From the IMG/VR virus record IMGVR_UViG_3300021093_000041, positions 15,814-79,813 of that record: a DNA stretch of 64,000 nt; one strand, written 5' to 3'. The stretch comes from a virus. Below are positions 9,772 to 19,012 of this stretch, one piece after another. Position 1 is the stretch's first letter, and the number at the start of each line of letters is the position of its first letter. A program made the position numbers and the translations under genes. The notes beneath the pieces were generated by a model. That model searched no databases and was not told where the DNA came from. It was given only the letters and a program-made list of their open reading frames with translations.

Positions 9772-10638
9772 ATGAATAACATAATAACAGCATCGATGTT
9801 TGATAGCATCAAACAAGCATTAGTCAAGAACGAAAACAACAGTGTGGGTAAGTTCATGAAGACAGAAGTAGGTAATACCTACACTGTAAGATTGTTACCT
9901 AACATTAAAGATCCAAGCAAAACGTTTTTCCATTACTTTACTTTTGGTTGGACGTCTTATTCAACTGGGCAATATATTAACTTGGTAAGTCCTCAGACGT
10001 GGGGTGATCGTGACCCGATCAATGAGTATAGATATAAAATTACCAAGACTGGTTCGCAAGAAGAAAAAGACAAGGCAAGCAAAATTCTTCGCAAAGAGAA
10101 TTGGCTTGTAAATGTTTATGTCATCAACGATCCTAAGAACCCTGAAAATAATGGTCAGGTAAAACTTCTTAAGTTCGGTCGTCAATTGCATAAGATTATT
10201 ATGGATGCAATTGAGGGGGAGGATAGCGATTCACTTGGTTCGAGAATCTTTGACCTTAGCGGTAAGGGTTGTGATTTCAAGGTTAAGGTGGATAAGCAAG
10301 GTGAATATCCTTCGTATTCATCTTCTAAATTCACAATGCCCAAAGCAATCGAGAATCTTACCGAAAATAAGATTCAGGAGATTTACAATGACACTATTGA
10401 TCTTGAAAGGGTGTTCACTGTTAAGAGTTACGACGAGCTCACCAAGGTTCTTAATGAGCATTATCATTGCACAGCCACACCTGCTGCAAAGGAGGATGTG
10501 AAGGTAAATATTATTGAAGCTGCTACACCTGTAGCTCAGAAGCCAGTTAGTAAAGCAGTTGCAGAAGCTGAAACATCTCTCAATACTCAAGAGGAAGATG
10601 ATGATATAAGCAAGATTCTTGAGCAGTTGAATAGTTAA
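9772..10638 (+). CDS. 32: Single-stranded DNA binding protein (T4 gp32)
   Basis: VRLLP, NVYVINDPKNPENNGQVKLLKFGRQL, IFDLSGKGCDFKVKV, YSSSKF, acidic C-terminal tail. Confidence 0.93.
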   Translation: MNNIITASMFDSIKQALVKNENNSVGKFMKTEVGNTYTVRLLPNIKDPSKTFFHYFTFGWTSYSTGQYINLVSPQTWGDRDPINEYRYKITKTGSQEEKDKASKILRKENWLVNVYVINDPKNPENNGQVKLLKFGRQLHKIIMDAIEGEDSDSLGSRIFDLSGKGCDFKVKVDKQGEYPSYSSSKFTMPKAIENLTENKIQEIYNDTIDLERVFTVKSYDELTKVLNEHYHCTATPAAKEDVKVNIIEAATPVAQKPVSKAVAEAETSLNTQEEDDDISKILEQLNS

Positions 10639-10655
10639 ATAGTTATATAAATACA

Positions 10656-10685
10656 GGGGAAGGTGTACACCTTCCCCATTTTTTT
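10656..10685 (+). terminator. Rho-independent terminator after gene 32
   Basis: GGGGAAGGT-gtac-ACCTTCCCC followed by A and T7. Confidence 0.85.
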
Positions 10686-11147
10686 ATGTCTGCAAATAAT
10701 GTAAAAGAAGATTTAGAATTGATTGCAGCATTAACTGCAAGCACAGCGGGGTTTATTAAAAACAACGTTAATGGTATGATGGTTGGTGATAGTAAATTTA
10801 TTAAAACTGATATCCAACCACGTGATATTATTGAAAAAGCAAAAGCTAATTTAGTTAAAGAGCATATTAGGGTTGTACCTGCTCAACAAGTACAACCACA
10901 ATTACCTCGATCGCAACCAGTTCAATACCCTGTAGTAGAACAACCTTCACCGGTTAATACACCACAAACACCGGTGAATGATTCTAATCAAATGATGTTT
11001 AATTTCGATAATTCACCTACAGCACAAAATATATATTATAAACTCAATACAATTATTGAACGTTTAGATAAATTAAATGAAAAAGTTAATGGTCTTTCCG
11101 AACATATTGTAAAAAAAAAGTTGGACAAGAAAGAAAAAAAAGTCTAA
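10686..11147 (+). CDS. Hypothetical protein (Q/P-rich linker, C-terminal coiled coil)
   Basis: 153 aa ORF. Confidence 0.6.
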   Translation: MSANNVKEDLELIAALTASTAGFIKNNVNGMMVGDSKFIKTDIQPRDIIEKAKANLVKEHIRVVPAQQVQPQLPRSQPVQYPVVEQPSPVNTPQTPVNDSNQMMFNFDNSPTAQNIYYKLNTIIERLDKLNEKVNGLSEHIVKKKLDKKEKKV

Positions 11148-11156
11148 CATAGAAAT

Positions 11157-11891
11157 ATGGAATTGGTTATCAAAAATAAAGGGGAATTTCTCACGAAATT
11201 CTTAAAACCTGTATGTAATATATCAGACTCAGGTAATCTTAAGATACAAGAAAATAAAGTAACATCAATAAATGCCACACAAGATGCATCGGTAATTTTA
11301 TTTGCGCAAAGTAATATTGAAATTAATACCGATAAACCTGTTGTATTAAATTGCCCCGATCTTCGTAGGTTAGAAAGAATAATAACACTTCTAGATTGTG
11401 AAGAAGTCAAATTAAAATATAATGGTAATAGTTTAGGTTACAATGATGGTAAAATAAGATTCACATACCATCTTTTGGAAAATGGAATTATCAATGGACC
11501 TTCATTAAGTGCTGAAAAAATAGCAAAACTTGAATTTAATATTCAATTTACCGTTGACCATAATAAAATTATTGAGTTAATTAAAGGGTCGAGTTTTGCA
11601 AATACAGCAAGCAAGTTATATATTTCATTTGTTGAAGGTAAAGTTTACGGTGAAATTGCAGACAAAGCAAATAGTTTATTGGATACATTTTCAACAGTGT
11701 TAAATGATGACTTCCAACCTAAAGAACCGATAAATGATATACCAATTATATTCGAAACAATAAAAATAATTTCATCGGTTAAATTTGAAAAGCTAACTGT
11801 TAATATTAACCCTAAACTTGGGGTTATATTGTTTGAAATAAGTGAAGATCAATATAAATTGAAGTATATTGTATCGGCACTAATGACATGA
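11157..11891 (+). CDS. 45: Sliding clamp (T4 gp45-like)
   Basis: 244 aa, clamp-like alternating beta/alpha pattern, C-terminal LKYIVSAL, replication-module context. Confidence 0.7.
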   Translation: MELVIKNKGEFLTKFLKPVCNISDSGNLKIQENKVTSINATQDASVILFAQSNIEINTDKPVVLNCPDLRRLERIITLLDCEEVKLKYNGNSLGYNDGKIRFTYHLLENGIINGPSLSAEKIAKLEFNIQFTVDHNKIIELIKGSSFANTASKLYISFVEGKVYGEIADKANSLLDTFSTVLNDDFQPKEPINDIPIIFETIKIISSVKFEKLTVNINPKLGVILFEISEDQYKLKYIVSALMT

Positions 11892-12214
11892 ATAATATTA
11901 CCACGCAAGGTTATTTTATCAAAAGACTACGTGATTGCGGTTTTGTGGTAATTAAACTGTTTCACAATTATAATTTTATAGATCCACGTAAATGGACAAT
12001 TATTATTAACCCCAATAGAGAGTCAGTGGTGGTGACTTGTTACTGTAATAAAGATTCTCTGAAGGAAATAATGTTTGAATTCAATGACGGTGGTAATAAA
12101 ATACCTAAAAATTTTTATTTAACAACAAATTCAATGGAAGTTGTTATATCTTTTTTAATTAAAAGAGGTATATCGAACAACGTTGATTTTAACGATCCTT
12201 ATATTAAAAAATAA
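11888..12214 (+). CDS. Hypothetical protein
   Basis: 108 aa ORF, ATGA overlap with the upstream gene. Confidence 0.6.
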   Translation: MNNITTQGYFIKRLRDCGFVVIKLFHNYNFIDPRKWTIIINPNRESVVVTCYCNKDSLKEIMFEFNDGGNKIPKNFYLTTNSMEVVISFLIKRGISNNVDFNDPYIKK

Positions 12215-12215
12215 T

Positions 12216-13190
12216 ATGAAAATACTGGTACTCGGTAAAGGTTTTATTGGTGAGCGTTTAAGTTTTTTTCTTGCTAAAGCTCCAAACTTTGAGGTACATA
12301 ACGTAAGTGTAGATATATTAGATTATACAAATCCGGAAATGCTTAGCATGTTTTTAAATTACCATGCTAACACTCAACAGTTTGATAAAGTTATAATTGC
12401 ATTTGGGTATACCGGTACACCCAACATTGATTCATGCGAATTACCAGAAAATAAGCAACTAACATATCGAAATAATGTTACTATACCGAATAATATTATT
12501 GATGTTGTAAATCAATATGGTAGTAGTTGTATATACATTGGGTCGGGTTGTGTATATGATGGGTATGATAAGGAATATACAGAAACCGATGAACCAAATT
12601 TTGGGTTATACAATAACGATAGCAGTTTTTATTCAAAAACAAAGCATTTAGCTGAATTAACCTTTGGTCATAAGTGTCATATCTTTAGAATTAGGTTACC
12701 TTTTACGTTTATTGACGTTGAAAAGAATTTATTTAATAAACTTTTAAAGTATGAAAAGACTTTAGATGTATTGAACAGTGTAACATGTGTTGATGATTTC
12801 TATAATTTTGTATATAACTTTTTACTATTAGATAATCAATCACCTTTACCGTTTGGGCCTTATAATGTAGTTAACCCGCAACCAATTAAAGCAAATGAAA
12901 TTGTGGAGTTAATGAAGGAAGTAAATATACCTAGTGTTTTCGATAAGAAGTGGAATTTTATTTCAGATCCTGCAAAGTTTAAATTTAAAGCTAATAGAAG
13001 CAACACGGTTCTTAACACCGACCTTATAACTTCGCTTGGATTGGGTTTACCTAAAACCGAAACATCTATTAAAAACATATTAATGCTTTATAAGCAAATC
13101 TTAACCACGGGTAATGCTGTAATTGAACCCCCTCAAATTGTATCTACAACCGAAACCATACCTACAAGTGCTGTAGAAATATCTTCTTAA
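12216..13190 (+). CDS. NDP-4-keto-6-deoxyglucose epimerase/reductase (RmlD / NRS-ER-like SDR)
   Basis: MKILVLGKGFIG Rossmann start, GYTGTPNIDSCE, GSGCVYDG, SSFYSKTK (YxxxK), RIRLP, RSNTVL. Confidence 0.82.
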   Translation: MKILVLGKGFIGERLSFFLAKAPNFEVHNVSVDILDYTNPEMLSMFLNYHANTQQFDKVIIAFGYTGTPNIDSCELPENKQLTYRNNVTIPNNIIDVVNQYGSSCIYIGSGCVYDGYDKEYTETDEPNFGLYNNDSSFYSKTKHLAELTFGHKCHIFRIRLPFTFIDVEKNLFNKLLKYEKTLDVLNSVTCVDDFYNFVYNFLLLDNQSPLPFGPYNVVNPQPIKANEIVELMKEVNIPSVFDKKWNFISDPAKFKFKANRSNTVLNTDLITSLGLGLPKTETSIKNILMLYKQILTTGNAVIEPPQIVSTTETIPTSAVEISS

Positions 13191-13203
13191 ATTCATCTAA
13201 TAA

Positions 13204-13539
13204 ATGAATTTTTTTAGAAATAAAAAAAATAAATTTAAAAAAGGTGATATATACGCAGTACATAAAGGTACGTATATAGGTCATCTATTGGTGTTTATAG
13301 AACAAAATACTGAAACAGATACGTTTAATTTTTTATCTACAAATAACCTAGAAAATTTTTACATACCATCGAAAGACGTTAAAGAAGGGGTGGAAAATAA
13401 TTTATTACGTAAAACAAATGCTGTTTTATCTGGTAAAATACTTGAAATTTGTTTGAAACAATACAAGTTTAATATTGACCATCCTAAAAATACAAATATT
13501 ATTAAAGAGGATGAAAATACTGATTTTGGATTGCAATAA
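13204..13539 (+). CDS. Hypothetical protein
   Basis: 111 aa ORF. Confidence 0.55.
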   Translation: MNFFRNKKNKFKKGDIYAVHKGTYIGHLLVFIEQNTETDTFNFLSTNNLENFYIPSKDVKEGVENNLLRKTNAVLSGKILEICLKQYKFNIDHPKNTNIIKEDENTDFGLQ

Positions 13540-14413
13540 TTTACTGTATAGAACGTTTTGGGTTTCAAAAAATACAATAGGTAATGATAGCGATGGCCCT
13601 ATTTTAGTTCATTTATTTTTAAATTCTGTTTATTCTTACGTCAATCAATTCAAACCTGATAAGGTTTACACGGTATGGGATAAAAAATTATTGGAAAATT
13701 CTACAAATTTTAGAAAAGAAGCATTAATACATCAATATAAAGCTAATAGGGATAAATCTTTAGCTCTAGAAGCACATCAATATGATGAACAGTTAGTGGG
13801 TATGTTAGAATCGATCGGTGCTTGTAATTTTTACCCATATAAACTCGAGGCAGATGATGTTATATCATGGCTCACCACAAAGAAAAACAATCATTATACA
13901 ATTGTAAGTGTTGATAAAGATCTTTTACAGTTGGTAGATGATAATATTGATGTATATTCCCCAATTAAAAAAGACCTTATTACTAAAAATAACTTTACAT
14001 TAACCAATAAAGGTATCGATAAAAGATATTTTCTAACTTATAAAGCTTTGATTGGTGATAATAGTGATAATATACAGGGTTTATATAAGGTAGGCCCAAA
14101 GAAAGGTCTTAAACTTGCTGTTGAAATAGTTGATACAAACAATATTAGTTGTCTCACCGATGAGCAACGTGTTATTTTTGAGAGAAATATGCGAATAATG
14201 GATTTACATGTAGGTTATACTATTGAAGATGAATATAAACACTATGAGAAACAATTGGATAACATAGTTGATACAAGGGATTACAATAGATTCGTTAGAT
14301 ATTGTAACGATTTGTCGTTAAACCGTATCATTTTAAATAAACATAAATGGTATAAAACGTTTTTTGAAGCAAATAAATTGAATAAACTTGTTCAACAATT
14401 AGGATTATATTAA
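13511..14413 (+). CDS. rnh: T4 RNase H-like 5'-3' exonuclease/flap endonuclease
   Basis: ILDCNNLLYR, YKANR, EADDVI, SVDKDLLQL, KALIGDNSDNIQG, VGPK. Confidence 0.9.
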   Translation: MKILILDCNNLLYRTFWVSKNTIGNDSDGPILVHLFLNSVYSYVNQFKPDKVYTVWDKKLLENSTNFRKEALIHQYKANRDKSLALEAHQYDEQLVGMLESIGACNFYPYKLEADDVISWLTTKKNNHYTIVSVDKDLLQLVDDNIDVYSPIKKDLITKNNFTLTNKGIDKRYFLTYKALIGDNSDNIQGLYKVGPKKGLKLAVEIVDTNNISCLTDEQRVIFERNMRIMDLHVGYTIEDEYKHYEKQLDNIVDTRDYNRFVRYCNDLSLNRIILNKHKWYKTFFEANKLNKLVQQLGLY

Positions 14414-14421
14414 ATACATGT

Positions 14422-14619
14422 ATGATTAACAATATGAGCAATCAACAATTTGTTAGACCTACTGTTATAACCAGCCCAATCAGTGGTGCACCGGTAAAAC
14501 CACAGTTGAAAACATATGTGCGTAACAATCAAAAAGTTACTGAAGCACATTGGATTGATCCTAACAGTGGTTCATTTATACGAAAAGGTATAGTTAGTAT
14601 TGAGCCCGCTGGTAAATAA
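14422..14619 (+). CDS. Small hypothetical protein
   Basis: 65 aa ORF with TAAATA 5 nt upstream. Confidence 0.55.
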   Translation: MINNMSNQQFVRPTVITSPISGAPVKPQLKTYVRNNQKVTEAHWIDPNSGSFIRKGIVSIEPAGK

Positions 14620-14620
14620 A

Positions 14621-15640
14621 ATGTATATTCCAGAAGAATATGTAATTCAGAAATTTTATCAATACGCAAACAAACCAAAGTATAACCGTCTTACACGTAC
14701 CTACCAGGGAGGGTGCCCGATATGCAAAGAGGGTAAAAGCTGGGGGTTAAAAAGACGGTTATTCTATGTAGTAAAGAAAAATTTAATATTTTGTCATAAT
14801 TGTGGGTGGAGTGGTAACCCATTAAAATGGATTACGCAAGTATCAGGAGATTCTTACAATAGCATACTAAATGATTTACAACAGTATGATAGTATTAAAA
14901 TTGTAACTGAAAAAGAAGAGAAGCAACCTATAACTAATGATTTACCCGATGATTGTATTAACTTACTAGATGAACAACAGTTACAATTCTATAAAGATAA
15001 TAAAATAATTAACACGATACACAATTATATTATTGAAAGACGGTTGAACACAGCAGTAAATAGACCTAAGACGTTATATACAAGCTTAAAAGATGGTACC
15101 CATAAGAACCGTTTAATTATACCATTTTACGAAAATGGTAAACCTATATATTATCAAAGTAGAAGTGTGTTAGATTACGATAAAAAGTTTAAACCTAAGT
15201 ATCTATCTAAAAGAAACGGTGAGAAGTCATTGTTCAATATTGATAATATCAATAATGATACTGATTTTATTTTTATATTTGAAGGACCTATAGATAGCTT
15301 TTTTGTACCTAATGGAGTGGCGGTAGCTGGCATTCAAGAAGATAGTTATTCTACATTTACAGACTTACAATCACACCAAATTAAGAAATACCCACTACAT
15401 AAACACGTGTGGGTACTGGATTCACAATGGCAAGATGAAGCAGGATTAAAGAAAACGTATAAACTTATAGAGAATAATCAAACAGTGTTTGTCTGGCCAG
15501 AAAATATCGGTAAAAAATTTAAAGATTTTAATGAAATGTGTTGTAAAGTTAAAATAGACAAAGTTAACCCAGCGTTTGTTATTGAAAACAGTTACGCTGG
15601 GTTAAAAGCTAAGTTAGTATTAAGTAAGATAAAGATATAA
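14621..15640 (+). CDS. 61: DNA primase (T4 gp61)
   Basis: Zn finger CPIC...CHNCG, RLIIPF, YQSR, TOPRIM FEGPIDS, KDFNE. Confidence 0.9.
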   Translation: MYIPEEYVIQKFYQYANKPKYNRLTRTYQGGCPICKEGKSWGLKRRLFYVVKKNLIFCHNCGWSGNPLKWITQVSGDSYNSILNDLQQYDSIKIVTEKEEKQPITNDLPDDCINLLDEQQLQFYKDNKIINTIHNYIIERRLNTAVNRPKTLYTSLKDGTHKNRLIIPFYENGKPIYYQSRSVLDYDKKFKPKYLSKRNGEKSLFNIDNINNDTDFIFIFEGPIDSFFVPNGVAVAGIQEDSYSTFTDLQSHQIKKYPLHKHVWVLDSQWQDEAGLKKTYKLIENNQTVFVWPENIGKKFKDFNEMCCKVKIDKVNPAFVIENSYAGLKAKLVLSKIKI

Positions 15641-16042
15641 TTAAGCGTTCTTACCACTGATTAAGTAACCTTTGAACGATTGTACGAGACCGCTAAGTTC
15701 GCTAGCTACTCTAGCTATTTTCTTTGATTCAGATGATGCAATTTTTTCAAACATTGTGTCGCAACTAGCGTTATGTAATTTGGATTGAATAGACTCTTGT
15801 GGATTCCCGTTAATATATTGCACAAACTCTTCAATCTGTGTTATCCAGCCTTGTAATTCACCAGCTTGCATGTCATAAGATTGTTTAAGAACATCTTTTG
15901 TTGATAAAGTTGGTGCTTGTACATCATACTCTGCTGCTTCAGTACCTTGATCAAGTGTAGCTGTCATTGCTTCTCTATCAGAAGCTGCATCATCGTTGGC
16001 TGCTTCAATTACTCTACAAAATCTCTTATGGAATACGCTCAT
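15641..16042 (-). CDS. Hypothetical late protein
   Basis: ATG 16042 (MSVFHKRFCRVIEA) with TAAATA 5 nt upstream. Confidence 0.6.
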   Translation of the reverse strand: MSVFHKRFCRVIEAANDDAASDREAMTATLDQGTEAAEYDVQAPTLSTKDVLKQSYDMQAGELQGWITQIEEFVQYINGNPQESIQSKLHNASCDTMFEKIASSESKKIARVASELSGLVQSFKGYLISGKNA

Positions 16043-16074
16043 ATTATTATTTATTCGCAGACTAAATATTTTAT
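16043..16074. promoter_or_regulatory. Back-to-back divergent late-promoter motifs
   Basis: TAAATA on - strand (16048-16053) and + strand (16063-16068), 5 and 6 nt from their start codons. Confidence 0.65.
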
Positions 16075-16461
16075 ATGCCTCACTACATATCTGAAGACGA
16101 TAAAATGATGTACAATAAATGGGTGCAAGGCATAGCAACCCGGGATCTTAAGGGTAATAACATACTTTTATCTGATTTAAAACAACAAAGCAGTACACAA
16201 AATTATACAAATAGTGATGTAGGTTCACCTAATTATAAATTACCAAAAAAACTTCCATACCCTCTCGATACCATTTACGATGACTTAGCTGGTTTTATAG
16301 TTTCATATAGTAATATCCTTGAAAAACTTAAAAGAGGGTTTGAAAACCCTATAACAAAAGGCAAGGATAAAGAAAAGTATGATCAAATAATTAGTAAGTT
16401 TAAATTAATTGAAACTATACTTAAAGACACTGTCAACACATTTGATGACAAAGTTGAATAA
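16075..16461 (+). CDS. Hypothetical protein
   Basis: 128 aa ORF with late motif upstream. Confidence 0.6.
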   Translation: MPHYISEDDKMMYNKWVQGIATRDLKGNNILLSDLKQQSSTQNYTNSDVGSPNYKLPKKLPYPLDTIYDDLAGFIVSYSNILEKLKRGFENPITKGKDKEKYDQIISKFKLIETILKDTVNTFDDKVE

Positions 16462-16488
16462 TTAATTTTATTCAATATATTATGTAGT

Positions 16489-16926
16489 ATGAATTTTAAT
16501 AAGGTTATACTAGGTGTAATTATTTGGGTTGCAATGAGTGTTGGTATTGCAATTAGTTTGAATATGATACTAAATGTATCGTTTTTTCCAACTTTTTTTG
16601 TTTCTTTATTGGTTCAATATTTTATCAGTGATACCGTGTATAGAATTTTAGCTGCAAAAGATATCACCAAAGCAAGAGAGTTGGAAAAAGAAATGTTAGA
16701 CCAAATGAGTCAACAGTATGCGCAAGTAAAATGTCCTTGCGATAAAAATACTTCGCAACTTGTAATGTTAAATATTAATCAAGAAAATTTGTACAATTGT
16801 AATAGTTGTAATAAAGAATTAAAATGTATAGTTGGTTGGAAATCGTTTCAAACTACCGAACCAGTAACCCAAGATCCGTTTAAAAATTTCAATTTCGTAG
16901 AAAATAAAGATTATGAAATACAGTGA
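16489..16926 (+). CDS. Hypothetical membrane protein with C-terminal Zn ribbon
   Basis: Two hydrophobic N-terminal helices; CPC...CNSC. Confidence 0.6.
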   Translation: MNFNKVILGVIIWVAMSVGIAISLNMILNVSFFPTFFVSLLVQYFISDTVYRILAAKDITKARELEKEMLDQMSQQYAQVKCPCDKNTSQLVMLNINQENLYNCNSCNKELKCIVGWKSFQTTEPVTQDPFKNFNFVENKDYEIQ

Positions 16927-17299
16927 AGTAAACCCCACTTTTGCACCACCAATACGTGACGTACCACATCAAATTGATTATACAAATTTAGATCAAAAAT
17001 GGTCTAATGATTCTGATTTAAATATAAAATATAAATTAGGTCAACAGTATAAAATAACTGACAATACACCTTTATGTGTTTTAGATACTATTGTTGATTG
17101 TGTGTTTGACTATATTAAAAGTGTACAGACTGACCCTAATACTAAAATTATTATAGCAAATCACCGTGATATAATTAAAAGTGTAATTAAAAATTTACAC
17201 GATTCGAAAATAACAGTTGATTATAAACATATTTTATGTATTATTGATGGTATAACATATGCAAATGGAAGAAATTTATACCGCAAAGACAGTAGATGA
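16913..17299 (+). CDS. Hypothetical protein
   Basis: 128 aa ORF in operon. Confidence 0.55.
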   Translation: MKYSEVNPTFAPPIRDVPHQIDYTNLDQKWSNDSDLNIKYKLGQQYKITDNTPLCVLDTIVDCVFDYIKSVQTDPNTKIIIANHRDIIKSVIKNLHDSKITVDYKHILCIIDGITYANGRNLYRKDSR

Positions 17300-17597
17300 A
17301 ATGGGTAGTGAAGAATTAGCAAGATGGTTATGCTTGTTTGAAGCAGTTGATATAGTAACAGAAAAAGCTAACAAACAAAACATTGACCTTAATCAAACTA
17401 ATGAATGGATCAAACCACTTTCATTTAAAACCTATATAAAAGAAACATATTTTTCGATGCTTGATAAAGTATGTCATTATCGTAATGAAATACCTCGTTT
17501 TGATGTACCAGCTTATTCAATCGTTGAAGTTGATAATCAAGATTCAATTGAAATAAATATTGAAACAGAGGAAGAGAGTAAAGATGTGTTAATATGA
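17259..17597 (+). CDS. Hypothetical protein
   Basis: 112 aa ORF in operon. Confidence 0.55.
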   Translation: MQMEEIYTAKTVDEMGSEELARWLCLFEAVDIVTEKANKQNIDLNQTNEWIKPLSFKTYIKETYFSMLDKVCHYRNEIPRFDVPAYSIVEVDNQDSIEINIETEEESKDVLI

Positions 17598-17884
17598 CGT
17601 ATATAATTGGTACAACTTTTAGTGTAAAGCGTCAGGAGTTAAAACCTGGTATAACTAGTTCAGCTCTTAGACCAAAGAGTAGCGGTAGTTTTTTACCACC
17701 AGGTACATACACTATTAATTATATCAAACTAATTAAAGAAGGTGTGGATTATACATTTGTAAATCAAAACGGTGAAATGTTAGTTGTTAATTTTAAATCT
17801 ATAGGTCAAGCAGATGACTTCATATCTTCTGCAAGAGGGGAAAGAATACCCAATTACACTCAAATATACAGTAAACTAGCTTAA
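17594..17884 (+). CDS. Hypothetical protein
   Basis: 96 aa ORF, ATGA overlap. Confidence 0.55.
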   Translation: MTYIIGTTFSVKRQELKPGITSSALRPKSSGSFLPPGTYTINYIKLIKEGVDYTFVNQNGEMLVVNFKSIGQADDFISSARGERIPNYTQIYSKLA

Positions 17885-18621
17885 GTACCGTAACCACCGT
17901 ATACATCATCATTGCTATCAGTATTGTCTGTATAGTTGAATATTTCTTTTGAACTATCATCAAAGTTTTCAGCGTATGGTTTCTGATCCATTGTATTACC
18001 AGATAATCCTGCGTATCTACTATCGTAAACTTGATTGTTAACACCTTCTGCAGATAAGCCAGGTTCGTAACTCCATTCGAATCTCTTAGCCTTAATTAAC
18101 CAAACGTAGTGACCCATCAATTGACTGGTACGTGATGCGTCTTCGTCGAATCTTTCTGTAATTTCAAATTGTTTACCGGTTCTACCATTTGGTCTACCTT
18201 CACCGTATTCAGTTAAAACAAATACATCTCCCGCTTTAGGTTCGGTATTTTGACCAAAGGCATTATAAAAACCTTTTATAGATATATAAGCTGTTACTTC
18301 ATCTTCAGATTGTATACCAAATTTTGTCAACATTATAGCATTTTCATTTAAGTCTACACCTATAACTATTTCTTTAGGATCACCATAATGTCTGGTTGGA
18401 TCTTCACCATAAAAATTATCGGCTCCAGATAAACTGTAATTGTTTACAAAATACGATACTTTTTGACCATACAAATTAATTATTTCCCGCCAATAATTAT
18501 CGAAAACGTCTTGCTCACAACCAAGTGTAGTTTTATTTAAAAATCTAAAACAAGTATTAACCGGTTGCGAGTACGGATATACTTTTGCACTATTATTACC
18601 TTTGTAACGACCCATTGACAT
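17881..18621 (-). CDS. 14: Neck protein (T4 gp14)
   Basis: REIINLYGQKVSYF, FYGEDP, TKFGIQSEDEVTAYIS, EPKAGDVF, FEIT. Confidence 0.8.
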   Translation of the reverse strand: MSMGRYKGNNSAKVYPYSQPVNTCFRFLNKTTLGCEQDVFDNYWREIINLYGQKVSYFVNNYSLSGADNFYGEDPTRHYGDPKEIVIGVDLNENAIMLTKFGIQSEDEVTAYISIKGFYNAFGQNTEPKAGDVFVLTEYGEGRPNGRTGKQFEITERFDEDASRTSQLMGHYVWLIKAKRFEWSYEPGLSAEGVNNQVYDSRYAGLSGNTMDQKPYAENFDDSSKEIFNYTDNTDSNDDVYGGYGT

Positions 18622-18622
18622 A

Positions 18623-18946
18623 TTATTTTGTTTTAACCATTAAAATTTTTCCTGTATTTGTTTTTTTCAAACCAACACCTGTACGTTTCAAACCTTTTAC
18701 CTTACCTACCGGTAAATGCCTCACGTTAAACATATTTTTTAATTTATTTGTATCTGTATTTGATAAAGTTGTTTGATTTTTATTTTTTTGTTTTTTAAAG
18801 TGGTTTTTTGTTTTAGGTGAGGTTTTAGGTCTTATATATTTAGGCACTGTGTAAGCATGTTTTCTAGTGCTAGGGTCTCTAACAAGGGGGTGTCTATGCC
18901 TATGTTGTACTTGTCTATCAAAGTAATCTTTAAATGACCCCAGCAT
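18623..18946 (-). CDS. Small very basic late protein (possible internal DNA-binding head protein)
   Basis: K/R/H-rich; ATG 18946 (MLGSFKDYF) with TAAATA 7 nt upstream. Confidence 0.55.
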   Translation of the reverse strand: MLGSFKDYFDRQVQHRHRHPLVRDPSTRKHAYTVPKYIRPKTSPKTKNHFKKQKNKNQTTLSNTDTNKLKNMFNVRHLPVGKVKGLKRTGVGLKKTNTGKILMVKTK

Positions 18947-18961
18947 ATATATATATTTATT

Positions 18962-18991
18962 AAAAAACCCTGATAGTTGCCTATCAGGGTT
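18962..18991 (-). terminator. Rho-independent terminator
   Basis: On - strand AACCCTGATAG-gcaa-CTATCAGGGTT then TTTT. Confidence 0.85.
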
Positions 18992-19012
18992 CAATATTTT
19001 GTAAACTATTTA

